Source: Eledone cirrhosa (lineage: Eukaryota). From it: a stretch of DNA of 64,000 bases. The stretch covers positions 30,070,001 through 30,134,000 of the forward strand of contig OZ024755.1 in assembly GCA_964016885.1 (NCBI GenBank), given 5' to 3'. Shown here piece after piece: positions 23,907 to 39,109 of the stretch. Position numbers and translations under genes: made by a program. The notes beneath the pieces are model-generated. The model had not been told where the DNA came from and did no database searches. It saw only the letters and a list, made by a program, of their open reading frames with translations. Numbering within the stretch: the stretch's first letter is position 1; each line of letters starts with the position of its first letter.

Positions 23907-24776
23907 TAGTCATTGTTATTGACGAGAGAAGAATTCAGCTAGCCCGTGTTTTCGATAGAATTCTTTAATGTCGTGTTTCATTACTTAATATTTGGGAGTT
24001 TGTCAATGAGGTTTTTGAAAAGTCAATTTCATTCGGTTGTTCATGTGTGGAGGCCATTGTCTTTAATTGAATTTCTGTCTTTGTACCGAAAAAATATTAT
24101 TTTGATCGTAGCTGTTGTTTGTTGTTTGTCTGTTTTGTGTGGATATATAGGTTGATATTTTTGTGGAAATTATTGTCGTGTTGAGTACCTGTTATAGATG
24201 TTCTTGTGTAGGGCGTTCTCTTGAAACGACTTGTTTATATTTATATTTGTATTTTTATTTACTTCTCTTCATTCTTTTATTCTTGTTTTTATCCATACCC
24301 TAAAAATAAACTTGAATTTTGAACACAATTGAGCGCCTCTCACACCACAAGACAAAAGAAAAAATGTATATCCACTTTTAGCTTTGCTTACAAACTCTGA
24401 AAAAATAACTTGAACTCTCGAAACAAAGAAACCCCACCTAAACAAACACACACACACGCACACACACACAAACGCACTATACAACAACACAATACCATCA
24501 CTGTCTTTATTCTGAATAGGAAAGGAATTTTCTATTTAAATCAAAGGAATATTCTAGTGAATAGATTGACTTGCGACCTAAGGAATCCATACATCCACCA
24601 TCACCTTCCCAACATCATATATAAGAAGATATTTTGAGAGAAAATGCGCATACGTCATAACCTCCCACAGAAGATGAGAACAAACCTTTTTGATAAGATT
24701 AAAATGCCAACAGAAAGCGGTAATATTCGATAAAACTTAAATCCATTTAATGTAACAATTATAATATTATTTATTC

Positions 24777-25000
24777 GGTCGGTGGATTGGCATTATCGGT
24801 AGAGGGTTGGACGCCATGCTTTGAAACATAGAGTTACGGTCCTTTATGATCTGAGTTCAAATCCCGCCGAGGCTAACTTTGCCTTTCATCCTTACGGGGT
24901 CGATAAAATAAAGTACCAGTCACACACTGGGCTCGATTTAATCGACTTTCCCCGTGCCCAAAATTGCTGGCTTTGTGCCTATGCAAGAAACGATTATTTA
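24777..25000 (+). mobile_element. SINE family 1
   Basis: homology. Confidence 0.85.
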
Positions 25001-25528
25001 TTCTGTCTGTCTAATGAAAAAAAAAAATTAAATATACCTCTGTGCTTATTCATTTTTAGGTTATACACACAAACACATATATATATATATATATTCTACA
25101 CCATGCGGAAAGGACACTATCATAACCATTTTTAAGATTCCCGAAGACATGTGAAAAGTAATTAAGTATTGCATATGATTGAAAAGTATACATTGTGGTC
25201 AGCATACGTAGACAATTATAATAGACAGAGAAACATATGTTAAAGCCAATAATTTCCCCTATATTCTCCTCTCGCCGAAGTCTATATGTTTCTTTTTCAT
25301 ATTGTATTATATTATATTATTTTATATTATATTATATATATATAATATATAAGATGGAAATGTGTTGATTCAAATCTATGGTCTGAGGAACATATCGATA
25401 GTGCAGTCAGGTCTATCATATAGATTAAGAACTTGAGCCGTTCATTTGCGAAACATATGTCATGTTTGATATGGAATAAAAAATATCTTAAACCGAAACT
25501 TTGTTATCTTATACAAATATAACCCACA

Positions 25529-25598
<70 letters not shown>

Positions 25599-25647
25599 AG
25601 ATATATCTTTATTATCTTTATCGTATTTTGGCTGTTTAGCTCCTTCT

Positions 25648-25701
<54 letters not shown>

Positions 25702-25830
25702 GTGGTTACACAAGAGTTAGTTCACCATACCGGTATGGTGAACTAACTGTTGTGTAACCACTTCTACCTAACTCGTCCCATGGACTGAGTGTTCTACCAC
25801 TACGGATATTACCTTCCAGTGTTCTACCAC

Positions 25831-25902
<72 letters not shown>

Positions 25903-26586
25903 TGTGTGTGTGTGTAAAAAGTTATTGGTCGAAAGTTTATCCTCAATTATGTTGAATTCCCAGAGAATCATTCAAAATAAATCTGGATAATTTATGAGAG
26001 ATATATATCAAATTTCTTCCTGGTTCAGTGTACTAGTTGACTTTCCTTTGACATAATGAGTGATATACGGTAAAGGCAATAAATAAATAAATGAATAAAA
26101 TAAAATAAAATAAAATAAAATAAAATAAATTAAAACAAAATATAAACAAAAACGCAACAAAAGCAAACGAACACATAAAACCAGAGTGAGATTTTGTTAA
26201 GTCTCTCGAAACGGTTTGTTTGATGTTACAACCCTCCACGATCTCTATCTTTCTTTTTCTTCTTTTTCTCTCCTCATCGTTTTCACAACGAAGAAAATGT
26301 TTGGTTGAGATCTAAATCTTAAGATGATTGTCAGTGATCACGGATATAAGGAAGCAAGATGGTGTAATTTAGAAATACATAACCAAAGCAAATTATCAGA
26401 GGTGATAATGATTTTTAAAAACGAAATGCAAAACTCATAATATATAAAATTGACAATAAGTATAACATGTTATTTTTTTAACATTTGTTCACAGGATTTT
26501 TTAGTCTTCGGAAGAAATTATTATCACTTCCTACACACAAAGAAACGAATAAACAGGTTTTCCAGCTATTGATGATGAATCTACAA

Positions 26587-26685
<99 letters not shown>

Positions 26686-26691
26686 GAGAGA

Positions 26692-26885
26692 GAGGAAAAG
26701 AGTCAGGAGACCGACGGCTGAGCTACGGCCGTTTCGACAGCTAAATCTAGCTGTGGAAACGGTCGGAGCTCAGCCGTCGGGGTCCTGACTCTTTTCCTAT
26801 TACCCCCCTCTACTACCCTAAGTATCGAGTACTACTCTCGTGCATTATGGTCCACCTGGTTCCTTACCACACTTCCTTCGTTATA
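26692..26885. mobile_element. Fold-back element (family C) retaining the 3' half of a hammerhead
   Basis: inverted arms 26692-26799; GAAACGG...CCGTC; homologous to 34915-35100. Confidence 0.55.
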
Positions 26886-26904
26886 TATATATATATATAT
26901 ATTT

Positions 26905-27041
26905 AAAGAAAGAAGAGGAACATGGTAGGCTGTACAATAAGGGTTTTATTTAAAGTACTCAAGTACTTAAAGTACTAAAGTACTCAAGTACTTTAAATAA
27001 AACCCTTGTTGTACAGCCTACCATGTTACTCTTCTTTCTTT
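26905..27041. repeat. Fold-back inverted repeat next to (TA)n
   Basis: AAAGAAAGAAGAGGAACATGGTAGGCTGTACAA... and its reverse complement. Confidence 0.8.
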
Positions 27042-27209
27042 CACTATTATTAATCCAAGTATAACCTGCATAGGAATTACCGCGAACTCGCTACATAGCT
27101 ATGAAAACATCTTGTTGAGTCAAACAAAGCCGTACGTTAAAACTATCCACGACGCGGAGTACTCTAACTGGATTAACTATAACAATAAATTGTTATCCCA
27201 TATATATAT

Positions 27210-27429
27210 ATCGACAGTCGATCGACTTTCGTCAAATCGGACCGAGGAAACAATGTTTCCATTGGTCTTTCCAATTGCTAATACTATCTATCGGTCGCAA
27301 CTCCAGGTAGAGGGAGCAACGTGAAATAAAGTGTCTTGCTCAAGGACATAACGCATCGCCCGGTTCGGGAATCGAACTCACAACCTCACGATTGTGAATC
27401 CAGTTCTCTATCCACTCAGCCACGCGCCT

Positions 27430-27431
<2 letters not shown>
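27210..27431 (-). mobile_element. CORE-like SINE; plus-strand copy at 44396-44612
   Basis: tRNA-like head GGCGCGTGGCTGAGTGG...GAGTTCGATTCC and CCTTGAGCAAGACACTT. Confidence 0.8.
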
Positions 27432-27500
<69 letters not shown>

Positions 27501-27687
27501 AATTATTAAAAAAATAATGAATAAACAAAGAAACAGTTCCTTATATTAAACAAAAAAAGTTCATTATTTTACGATCGTTTCTAGGACATATATGTGTTAG
27601 AATTGGTATGCATATTCAAAAGATCTATGTACAAAATTATACAAACTATCAAAGAGAATATACATACCTTCACATATATATGCTGTC

Positions 27688-27748
<61 letters not shown>

Positions 27749-28222
27749 AAATGTGTGTAATCCTTGGTACAGTTAGGTATATTAAGACAGGGGGGAAGAA
27801 AAAAATGGCTTCACACCAACGACTCAATTTATAAAAAATCTTTTAAAAAAAAAATTTTTCTAATCCGGAAAAAAATTCTTTTTGGATTTTGTGAAGAAAA
27901 TAAATTTGTTGAAAGCACAAGTGAAGCCATTTTTTTTCTTCCCACCTGTCTTAATATATATATATATATATATATAAATGGAAAAGAATGAAACGAAATT
28001 TCATTTCTCACTCTTAGTACGGCTGATACTTAAATGTAAGTATGTATGTATACGTACATACATATATGTATACAGACGTACAGTAGTATGTATATATACA
28101 TACATGCACACATATATATATATATGTACGTATCGGTTTACCGAACATTTATTATAATGTTCGGTTTGTAAGGTGAAAACAATTGCTCTCGGTATGGTGA
28201 ACTAACTGTTGTGTAACCACTG

Positions 28223-28257
<35 letters not shown>

Positions 28258-28469
28258 AGAGTATTGAAGTTTGCTTGAAGCATTGTGGAATAATAAGGTA
28301 CATTTCTTTAAGTCATTTGGAAGCCTCGACAATGCAGATGGGTAAATCTCCGGGTAACAAGATCCGGTGGTGGAGAGAGAGATGTAAGTGGGTGTACGTT
28401 GAGATGCGTGGCGTGTATAAGACGGTATCGTGTAGAGGAATGAAGGAAAGAGCGTAAAGGATAAAAATA

Positions 28470-28975
28470 AAAATAACAACACGAGAAAGAGTTACCTTGG
28501 GAGAGATTTAATTGTCCCTATATATTTCGGATTCACATCCATCAACTGGGGGAGGGAGGGCCTCGACATCCACCTGGCTCACTCGGGCCCCTCCCTGCGA
28601 AGATGCCTCTCCAGGAAACCCGGGAAATCAACTGACGCGTGCTCCCTCAGAGACTGCCCGATACGCCATGCGAACTGTTGCCTACGCACATACGTCGTGT
28701 ATAAGATAGAATGTAACAAGTGCAACCAATACTATATAGGTAGCACAATCCGGCCGTTGCACATCCGGATCAAGGAACACACTAACACCAGGGCCTCGTC
28801 TTTCCGGAAACACATAGCCAAATGCGGAAAGAAAGACGGAAGGCCTATTGTCACAATTCTAGCGACAGAAAGAAACGTCGGCACGTTACGTATCACGGAA
28901 GCACTTTGGATCAAACGCCTAGGGCCACAATTAAACAACCGATCCGAGAGAAGCGAAATGAGGTGGTTGGTTTAA
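28470..28975 (+). pseudogene. Penelope-like element GIY-YIG endonuclease remnant
   Basis: VYKIECNKCNQYYIGSTIRPLHIRIKEH...LRITEALWIKRLGPQLN (GIY-YIG with CxxC, conserved R, E, N). Confidence 0.85.
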
Positions 28976-30105
28976 GTTAACAAACGATGCAGAAACACAC
29001 GCATACACACACACACAAGCGAGACAGCAACACACGCACACACACACACATTAGCATTCCACCATACGAACATACTACACTGCCAATACAGAGGAACAAG
29101 GCAACAACACACGCACACACACACACACTCAAGCGAGACAACAACACACACACAGTAACATTCACCAAACAGGCAGAAAATGGACTGACAGCTAGCGCCA
29201 CCCCACTCCCACAATTGAAATAACTACTTCGGCCGCTGACCTCTGCCTGACCGACCCCATTTCAAGCGCACGCGCGCTCTGCTGAATACCTCAGATATTC
29301 AAAACAACGAACAGCGGAGGACACGTTTCGCACCTTTCCGACAGACAACCCCCTCCCCCCCGTCTTTGAATAATTTAAATCAGCCATTATTACAACTGCT
29401 GACTATTAAATGGATTACTGACATATTGATAAAAGTCATTTCTTGATATTGCCGGCAAAGAGAAAAGCAAAACGTATTGGCAGAGCTCCAACACAAACAT
29501 TTCTAAACAGACTGGTATAACGTGTATACCAACATACACAGACGAATACGAACATAGGGTCATTAATAAAACCACACTCACATCGACATATGTACATTGC
29601 TACAAACACACTGAGTGTCACAATTCCATCTCCTCACATATTCGGTTGTAGCTGATTATTCAGCTAGTACTTTCAGTAGCAAGGAAGTGAACGAATATAT
29701 ACGTTCCTTGCATTAAATCCATTTCCAGTCATTTTTACTGTCAACATCTGAAATGGAATGGAGCTGAGTTGGTTTTTTTCTACGATATGTATTCCAGCCT
29801 CCTCTTGTAATTAACGCGAAAATGACTGCGATTTCTGCAAACGCGCATAGCCATAATGAAATCTTCAGCGTGATTCTGCTTGACACAGTGTTTGAAAAGT
29901 CTGAACCTTTGAATTACTGGTACAAACGATCCAATAGGCTTCCAAACAGTTTCCGTCTACTCAGTTTCACTCTTAATGCTTGGGTTGACCCGAAGCTTTG
30001 GTCAATGATTCTGGATTTAAGATATCACACAAGGACATTGAACCACGATCTTATGATTGCATAGCATGCAACTTTCACAAAAGCCCCCCCCCCCTCCTCT
30101 CTCTA

Positions 30106-30164
<59 letters not shown>

Positions 30165-32253
30165 AACAAACAAATGCATATATTAACCAGACCAGTCAAC
30201 TCTCCCCGTCCGACGAGGAGATCTCCCAATCTACCCACTTTAGGGTGGGTGAGAGATGTCTTCTCTTGTGAAAATGGGTATAGCTTTCATTATGTAAAAT
30301 CTCCTTACTTTGCCTCATTTCTCCCCGTTTTGGGGCACTTTTTTTCATGGTACTGACCGTTTGGGCTTTTAGAAGTTGGCAGGTCTGTTTTAACTATCCA
30401 ATCGTTTTGTAAATCTAGTTCTAGATTATACATGGGTCTCATAAATCGGAGCGATGTTTTTTTATAGTACTAAAGGGTAAATACGTTATCAACGTTGGAA
30501 CGATACACTTAAGTGCGACGGTCTAAAATTAGAAGTCTATTACCAGCAGTACATCAAACTAGAGGTTATTCCAGAGGGGGAACATTGCAAGGGTTGAGGT
30601 CAAGAAACTCCACTCCTGGTTATGCTTCATCGTTTTTAAGGGATTTTTAAACAACTTTACATTACTGTTAACTTGGCTATTTTCTACAATGTGTTTTTTT
30701 TTTCCCTAATTTTATTTGTGCTTTACTTTTAATTTGTCGCTTTTTTTACGTTATCGCTCATGTCAATAAAACGCTTTACAATACATCGCTCTAAAACTAT
30801 ACTGCTAAAAAGGTGGTGGTGGTGGTGGTGGTTTTGGTTGGGGTCGTTTAAAAAAATCGCTCAAATGTTAATCGCTGAAATAAAAAGCGCTCTAGGAAAT
30901 GGCAAGGATTATACAAAACGTGGGTAAAATTTAGTTGCTATTTATAGCAGGTCCAACTAAAGTAAAAAACATTACACCCACGTCGACTTTTCGTTTAAAG
31001 AAAGGGTAGTCAATGTAAATGTATGGTTACTCATACGTTTTTTAGATATATTATGCCTAATATTATTACTATTCTCGGGTAAGCTTTCATTGGACGCCAG
31101 AGATTGCAGTCAAGTAATACTGTATAACAAAAGCAAATTTGTGATAAAGGAAATAACAAAGAAGTTCCTCTAGGCTTTGAGTATAAACGGATAGCTAGAA
31201 AGGTTTCAAGTAAGAAGTTCGTTGCAAGATAAAGAAAAAGAAAAAAATAGAAAAAAATACAAAAACATTTAGAAATAAAAGTTTATTTTAGTGAATATCA
31301 AAAAAAGAAGGAAAATATGCTGTGTAATGTTAAATGGTAAAGGGTGCCATATTCAATGTAAATTTGTGATGACGCAGAGAGAAATAAATCTTTGTGTTCG
31401 GCATAATCTACTGTGACGCTGTATGTATGGAGAAAACGAAGTAAATGAGAAACGAGTTAAATTTAATATTTAAGAAATATGGCAATGAAAGGGTTAAGTA
31501 ATCATATTGAGGGCCTCCCCACAGCTCCGGCGAAGATCACGACGGCGGCGAGGAAGATGACGACTATACACTAGAAATAAGCATGTCGTTTTCCTCATAG
31601 GAAATATTTATCCCATTAACACCCTAAAATTACTAACAAACCCCCTTTTTCAGTCAATTGCAAAGGCCTTGGCTCCACTGGAATTGTTTACAAAATGCTA
31701 TTACTAGTTCCACCATCTTAATACAGTCCTCGTATTTCATACTTTATATATTTTACACTTAACAAAATGGGTGCACACGTTGTGCAGATTTCTATTACAG
31801 TTTTTTCATAACTCACTTGTCGAATAATGTACTAAAATTAGGATTAATTTGAAACAATCATATTATCTTTAAATAAGGGGACCAGCGAGTAAATACCTCA
31901 TACGAAGGTATATCTGCCCTCTGATGAGTCAAAAGTCATCCTATCCCAGGCATCTGGTCTGTATGAGAAGCTATGTATTCCCAATGACTCCAAAATGCAC
32001 TCAGTTGAATGTAATTCATTGTTAAAAACATGCATTTGTTTAACTACAAAATGTTTCGTTATTTTGAAATACTGAATGGGAATATATACACTGATAACAA
32101 TAAAAGATTGACTGGTTTTCTCCAAATATTAAAATACCATTTATATGAGTCGTAGGTCAGAAAGTGTACAGTAGGTACACAAGCGTACAGTGTTAGCAAA
32201 TGAAGAGCAATGCGAGAGGTGGTTGTTTGCACCCGTCTCAAGTACTATTTGTG

Positions 32254-32410
32254 AAGGTGCATGACTTAGTGGTTAGAGCATTGGGATTGCAATCGAAAGG
32301 TTGTGAGTTCGATTCTCGGACCGGGTGATGTGATGTGTTCTTGAGCAAGACACTTTATTTTCCACGTTGCTCCAGTTTACTCAGCTGTAGAAATGAGTTG
32401 CGATCCTGCC
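32254..32410 (+). mobile_element. CORE-like SINE
   Basis: tRNA-like head plus TTCTTGAGCAAGACACTTT. Confidence 0.75.
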
Positions 32411-33128
32411 AAATCAATGAGTGGCAGTAGTTCCAGCTGCACCGAAAAACTGGTGTAGTGGTTCTGAGAACAATGCGGCTTTGCAGATGATCAATGCAAA
32501 TTGACAATGGAAAGGCGCTCCCGCTCGAGTTAGAAGAGAACTATTGACATTCAGGAGAAGCAGCGACCCCTGATTGTAATCAGTAACCGAAACAAATATG
32601 AAGTACACCAAATCCAATGCTTCTAGAGGCGGCCCTGGTTTTCTTATTTGCGAGTGTAAACTCAGGCAGATTAGATTAGATTCAAGTACAATTGAAATAT
32701 TTAAATTGAGGGTGATAATGCCTCGACAAACTCATCTTCATCAGCCAAGATGTCTGAATAAAAGAGCCGACTGAAGATAATAAGAAAAAGATGCCTTTGC
32801 ATTCTTCCATGAATATTTCATGATAAGAGCAGTCCGTTTATCTAGGTAGTCCCTAGAAAAATATAGTTGTTGTTGAAGAAACTACTCCAACATAACTGAT
32901 TAAACCACATAATGGTTTTCGAATAATTCTTGCTATTACTGTAAACACCCACCCACCCACACACACAAACACACACACACACACACACTCTCTCTCTCTC
33001 TCTCTCTTACACACACACGTACACACACACATGCGCGCGCACGCGCACACGCACACGTACACGTATGCGTGCATACAGACATACACATATGAAAATATAA
33101 TAAGGCCTTATTTATAACTTGAATTTAA

Positions 33129-33349
33129 CCCTTTAGCATTTAAACCGGCCATATCCGACCAGAATTCTCTCACTTCTTTCTGTTCAAACCGGCAGAAACT
33201 GGCCACTCATTCTGATATTAAGGTATTGTTCTCAAAGTGAATGATATCCAAATTTCATAGATTCGATATTATGTGAGATAATTATGTGAAATAAAGCGTT
33301 TGCTGTGAAAATATAATAGTAAATATTGAGTAATGTTAATACTAAAGGG
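33129..33349. mobile_element. piggyBac-like MITE
   Basis: TTAA|CCCTTTAGCATT...AATACTAAAGGG|TTAA; truncated left end of the same family at ~497-545. Confidence 0.75.
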
Positions 33350-33554
33350 TTAAAGCTTTTGTCCTTCACGAGTCTTAGCTCGATATGAAATGTGTATCAT
33401 GATAGATTCCATGAAGTACAACAGAGTTAGATTGAAATTACAAAATATTATATTTTATTGTGATCCCTATATAAAGGAGAGCTGAAATTGAGAGACGAGA
33501 GATTGAATTTTACCAGTTCCCCGAGTTCTCCAGAGAACCGCAGGTAGGTACAAA

Positions 33555-34357
33555 TAATTGTTTCTACTTTTGGCACAAGGCCAGCAATTACCCCAGTGTA
33601 TTACTGGTAGTATATTTTATCGACACCCGTAAGGATGAAAAGCAAAGTTAACCTCGGCGGGATCTGAACTCAGAAGGTGGATACGATACAAATAATGTTC
33701 GGACAACCATTCGAGGCCCGGTTGATACTATGGAACCAAAACCTAGTCGTCAAACCCGTCGAAACGATTGTAATGGAAACTTTCCGAATGCATTCCTGAA
33801 AAACCCATTATGCATAATTATTCTTCATAGCATATAATTCACCTGTACTACCAGATGTAATCTGGGATACTTCAGGATGTTGAATGCTTACGTCAGGTGA
33901 CTTCGAGATCTTCCAGTTACAATACCCTACTGATCGTTTACCTGCATATAATAAAATATAATTGTTTCTACTTTTGGCACAAGGTCAGCAATTATCCCAG
34001 TACATTACTGGTACTTTATTTTATTGACTCCGTAAGGACGAAAGGCAAAGTTAACCCCGGGTCGATTTGAACTCAGACTGTAAAGGGCCGTAACTCTATG
34101 ACGAAAAGCATGGCTTCCGATCCTCTACTGATACTGCCAACCCAATAATATAATATAATATAGTATAATTGTTTCTAATTTGGCACAAGGCAAGCAATTA
34201 CCCCAGTCTATTACTGGTGCTTTATTTCATCGACCCCGTAAGGATGAAAGGCAAAGTTAACCTCGGCGGGATTTCAACGAAGAACGTAAAGGGCCACAAC
34301 TCTATGCTACAAAGCATGGCGTCTGACGCTCTACCGATACTTCCAAACCACCGCCCT
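33555..34357 (-). mobile_element. Three family 1 SINE copies (33555-33680, 33958-34142, 34166-34357)
   Basis: homology. Confidence 0.8.
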
Positions 34358-34406
34358 TATATATTGTATATTATAATATAATATATATGTATGTATATAT
34401 ATATAT

Positions 34407-34905
<499 letters not shown>

Positions 34906-35094
34906 ATATATATATAACGAAGGAAATGTGGTAAGGAACCAGGTGGACCATAACGCACCAAAGTACTCAATACTTAGGGTAATAGGAACCAGTAAGACCC
35001 CGACGGCTGAGCTCAAGCCGTTTCGACAGCTAATTCTGGACTGAATTAGCCGTCGAAACGGCTTGAGCTCAGCCGTCGGGGTCTTACTGGTTCC

Positions 35095-35150
<56 letters not shown>

Positions 35151-36213
35151 ATGATATTAATAAATGGAAACTAGCTTTATAAAATCATATTTATTTTATT
35201 ATATATATTTCCAGGGTACAAAAAGTTTGGTACACTCTCAGCAGATAAAATACAAAAGTTAAAATAACTCATAAATAACTCATTGCTTATATGTATATAT
35301 ATATATATATATGATATGCATGTGTGTGTATGCGTGTGTGTATGCGTGTGTGTGTGTGTGAGAGAGAGACCATGAATGTGTGCATGTGAGTAATGAAGAA
35401 TTACTATACGGTAGGGAGGTTAGGTTATCGTGAGAGGGACAGGTTAGACCAGTAGATATTGCATAGTATCTTGATTCTAATTAAACTGAGGTCTCGATAA
35501 AGAGATTATTAAATGAAAATTTAGTCAGATAGATGTTGCAATTTTAGTTTAGTTTGGCTGTAAGTTTCTACACGTAACGTATAAACCTAGAGCGAAACAT
35601 ATGTTGTTTTAAGCTTTATGTACATTAATTGAGGTCAGTTTAACAGCAAAGCAGGCGAGTAAACAGGTAGACAGTAACGTTTGAAGGCATATATATAGAT
35701 AGTTATGTTAATAGGAAAAAGGTAGGTTAAGGGAATTTATAACATGAATGTTTGAAGGTGACGTTTAGATAACAACAAAGTGACATATATGTCTATCGAG
35801 CAGGATTTGAAGACGAATTTTATTGGTTAAGACATATTGACAATGTCACATATACTTATATGTATATAGAAATTTATAAAAAAAATATAATGGGAAATGG
35901 AAGGTGTATATGTGAGAAAACTAAACATGGTAGGGGATAGAACGTGGGTAAAAAAATAAAACGAAAGGGCGTAGCAGAGAAGGGGTGACGTGTTTTATCA
36001 TGTTTCATGACTTCTTGCAAAATTTCTTAAATAGGACACATTTCACAAAGGAAAGAAACAAAAAAAAAAAAAATCTCGAACTGAAAATTTTGAACTCCAA
36101 TCTATAGAATATAGATTACAAACAACCGACAAAGATATACATACATAATGATAGCTGCCTTCTCGTTATCGAGTATGGCCATTGCATGATATAACATTAT
36201 TAATAATTATTAA

Positions 36214-36405
36214 TTGGATTGGCAGTATCGGTAGAGGGTCGGACGCCATGCTTTGACGCATAGAGTTACGGCCCTTGCCATTCTGAGTTCAAATCCCGCC
36301 GAGGTTGACTTTGCCTTTCATCCTTACGAGGTCGATAAAATAAAGTACCAGTAATACACTGGGTAATTGCTGGCCTTGTGCCAAAAGTAGAAACAATTAA
36401 TTAAT
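36214..36405 (+). mobile_element. SINE family 1
   Basis: homology. Confidence 0.85.
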
Positions 36406-37274
36406 TCTATTGTGCAATGCCTGTGCGCGAAGATATTTGTTAAAGTGACGAACGACTGTGCACTGAGCCAATCCCACTCTCTGAGAGACAGTAGCTATAA
36501 CCCGAAGAAGAAAAGATCTACATCATCGGTAACTACTGAGCGGCAGGTTTTATATCGGAGTTATGCCAGTTTCCTGAGTTGCCTTCTCCTAGAAGAATGC
36601 CCTGACAAAGGCTAGGGGTCCTTCACTCCAAATGGTTTAACCACGCGGTACATGTCTATATACATATTTACACACTTTTGGATGGCCGTTGACACTTATG
36701 AGTTCTTCCGCCCATTGTCAGGTTTTTGGTGGGGTTGCCGGCTTAGTCACCGACGACCCGACCATTCGACAGGTTGTACTGGGTTACATGTTACCAGTAG
36801 CATTCAAGAGTGACCCGACATACATACACACATACATTTATGCATATATACATACATTCATACATGTTAGTAACTGCCTCAATAAAAATCTAGGTTAGTA
36901 ACTGCCTCAATACAAATCTTGAGAAGCTGGGCTTCACAGAAACAGAAAGAACACGACTAGTTAGGAAATTACAAGTATAATCCATTAATGGAACAGTAAA
37001 GATATGTAAAACATTCCAATTAATTTGCCTCTAATAACTGCATATAAACTTGCACAGATACAAAGCATATGCACATGCACACATACAACTCAAAACATAC
37101 ACATCCACACATACAATAACATCAATATCTGCACACACATGCATGCATGCATGCAGACATGTATACATATCTACCTAGTAGATGTGTAAATTTCAACAAG
37201 AGAGTCTTGTTAGAAACCGACTCTCTCGCTATTGGCAAAAAATTTGTGAAATTATAAAACCAGAAGAACATACA

Positions 37275-37685
37275 TAATGATAATAATAATGAAATTATTA
37301 TGTACAGTGCTCAGGTGCACTACAACTCATCAAAGTTGCGTGTATAGTACATAGAATAATATACAAATGTCAGGGAAGGGAATAGTGTATAAATCATGAT
37401 ATACATGTGTGCGTGTGTATGGAGGGGGAATATTAGGTGTAGTGTTTGCGAATCTCAGGAAGCATGGAGGTTTTAAAGGATGCAGTGTCTCGACAGCTAA
37501 CAACTGATGCAGGTAGTTTGTTCCATGCTTCAGCAACTCTGAGCGTGAAAAAATGTTTCCGAAAGTCATGGGAGCTGAGCTGTTTTCTGACTTTGCTGGC
37601 ATGCCCACGTGTGTTAGACACATGGAAATCAAAAAGGTACTCAGGGTTGTTGTTGGCAAGATGGTTAATAATTTTGTGGGTGCTT
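37275..37685 (-). mobile_element. CR1/L2-clade LINE 3' end
   Basis: NTRGH..KV...RKHFFTLRV..WNKLP..VV...SFK; (ATT)n tail; copies at 48510-49145 and 57115-57470. Confidence 0.85.
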
Positions 37686-38376
37686 ATTTTATTTTATTTT
37701 ATTTTATTTTATTTTATTTTATCTTATTTTTTATCTTTTATCTATTTTTTATCTATTTTTTATCTATTTCTTATCTATTTCTTATCTATTTCTTATCTAT
37801 TTTTTATCTATTTTTTTATCTATTTTTTATCTACCTCTTATCTATTTTTTATCTATCTCTATCTCTTAACTTGTGCCCATCCGTCTATGATATGTTATTT
37901 GTATTAGTGTATACTGTATGTGTTGCATACGGGTGCTTGTGTGTAGGTGCATGCGGGTGCTCATGCTTATGCATATAATTGTATGTAGCTGTATGTTAAC
38001 GTAACTCTGCCCAACTGTGAATAACATTTCTTATTTTTTATTTTTTATTTTTTATTTTTTATTTTTTATTTTTTATTTTTTATTTTTTATATTATTTTTT
38101 ATTTTTTATTTTTATTTTTATTTTTTATTTTTTATTTTATTTTTCATTATTTTTATTTTATTTTTATTTTTATTATTATTATTATTTTTATTTTTATTTT
38201 TATTCTTAATCTTATTCTTTTTTTTTTTTTATTCTTAATCCTATATTTTTATTTTACTCTTCTTATTTTACTCCTTTTACTTTACTCTTTAAACTCCTCC
38301 CAACTTATGGTATCCCCACATATATTCTTCTGTTTTTGGCTTTGTCAATGCTTGTATACTATGTATTTACTCTTTA

Positions 38377-38422
38377 TGCTCTGAAGAGTCCCACTTCTAG
38401 TGTGGACGAAACACTGTTAGCA
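38377..38422 (+). ncRNA. Type I hammerhead ribozyme
   Basis: TGCT-CTGAAGA-GTCC(CACTTCTAGTGT)GGAC-GAAA-CACTG-TT-AGCA, followed by ATTAAA and (TA)n. Confidence 0.8.
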
Positions 38423-38464
38423 ATTAAAGATATACCTATGTTCTAAGCGCTCTTTGTTGTTATT

Positions 38465-38515
<51 letters not shown>

Positions 38516-39000
38516 CCTGCATATATAACTACCTACATAATAGGAATAATAAATAAGTATAGGCGTTGAGATATTTTCACAATTGATATCTTTATGTTAC
38601 CGCATGAAAGCCTTTTAAAATCTTACAAATAAAAATAAATTCGCACGAAAAAGCTATTTATATCTTAACGGAAAAACATACATACAGACCAATACATCTA
38701 CTCGCACGCAATTTAACAGACGCACTCACACATTGAAACATATATGTTTTATGCAAAACACAAGCAGAAATAACAAAGCAAACGACACAGTACAATAATG
38801 ACGTGATTAGGAATCAAATATTTGGATAACATTCTGCCAAAAATCGGGAGTGTCTTTGTTCTTTTATATTTTGGCCCAAAAAATGACTCAATTTTAAAGC
38901 ATAATTTGTACACATGCACACACATATATGTGCACATGCACACATTTATATGTACACATTCACACACACATACGCATGCACACAGAAACACATATAAACA

Positions 39001-39102
<102 letters not shown>

Positions 39103-39109
39103 TGTATTC

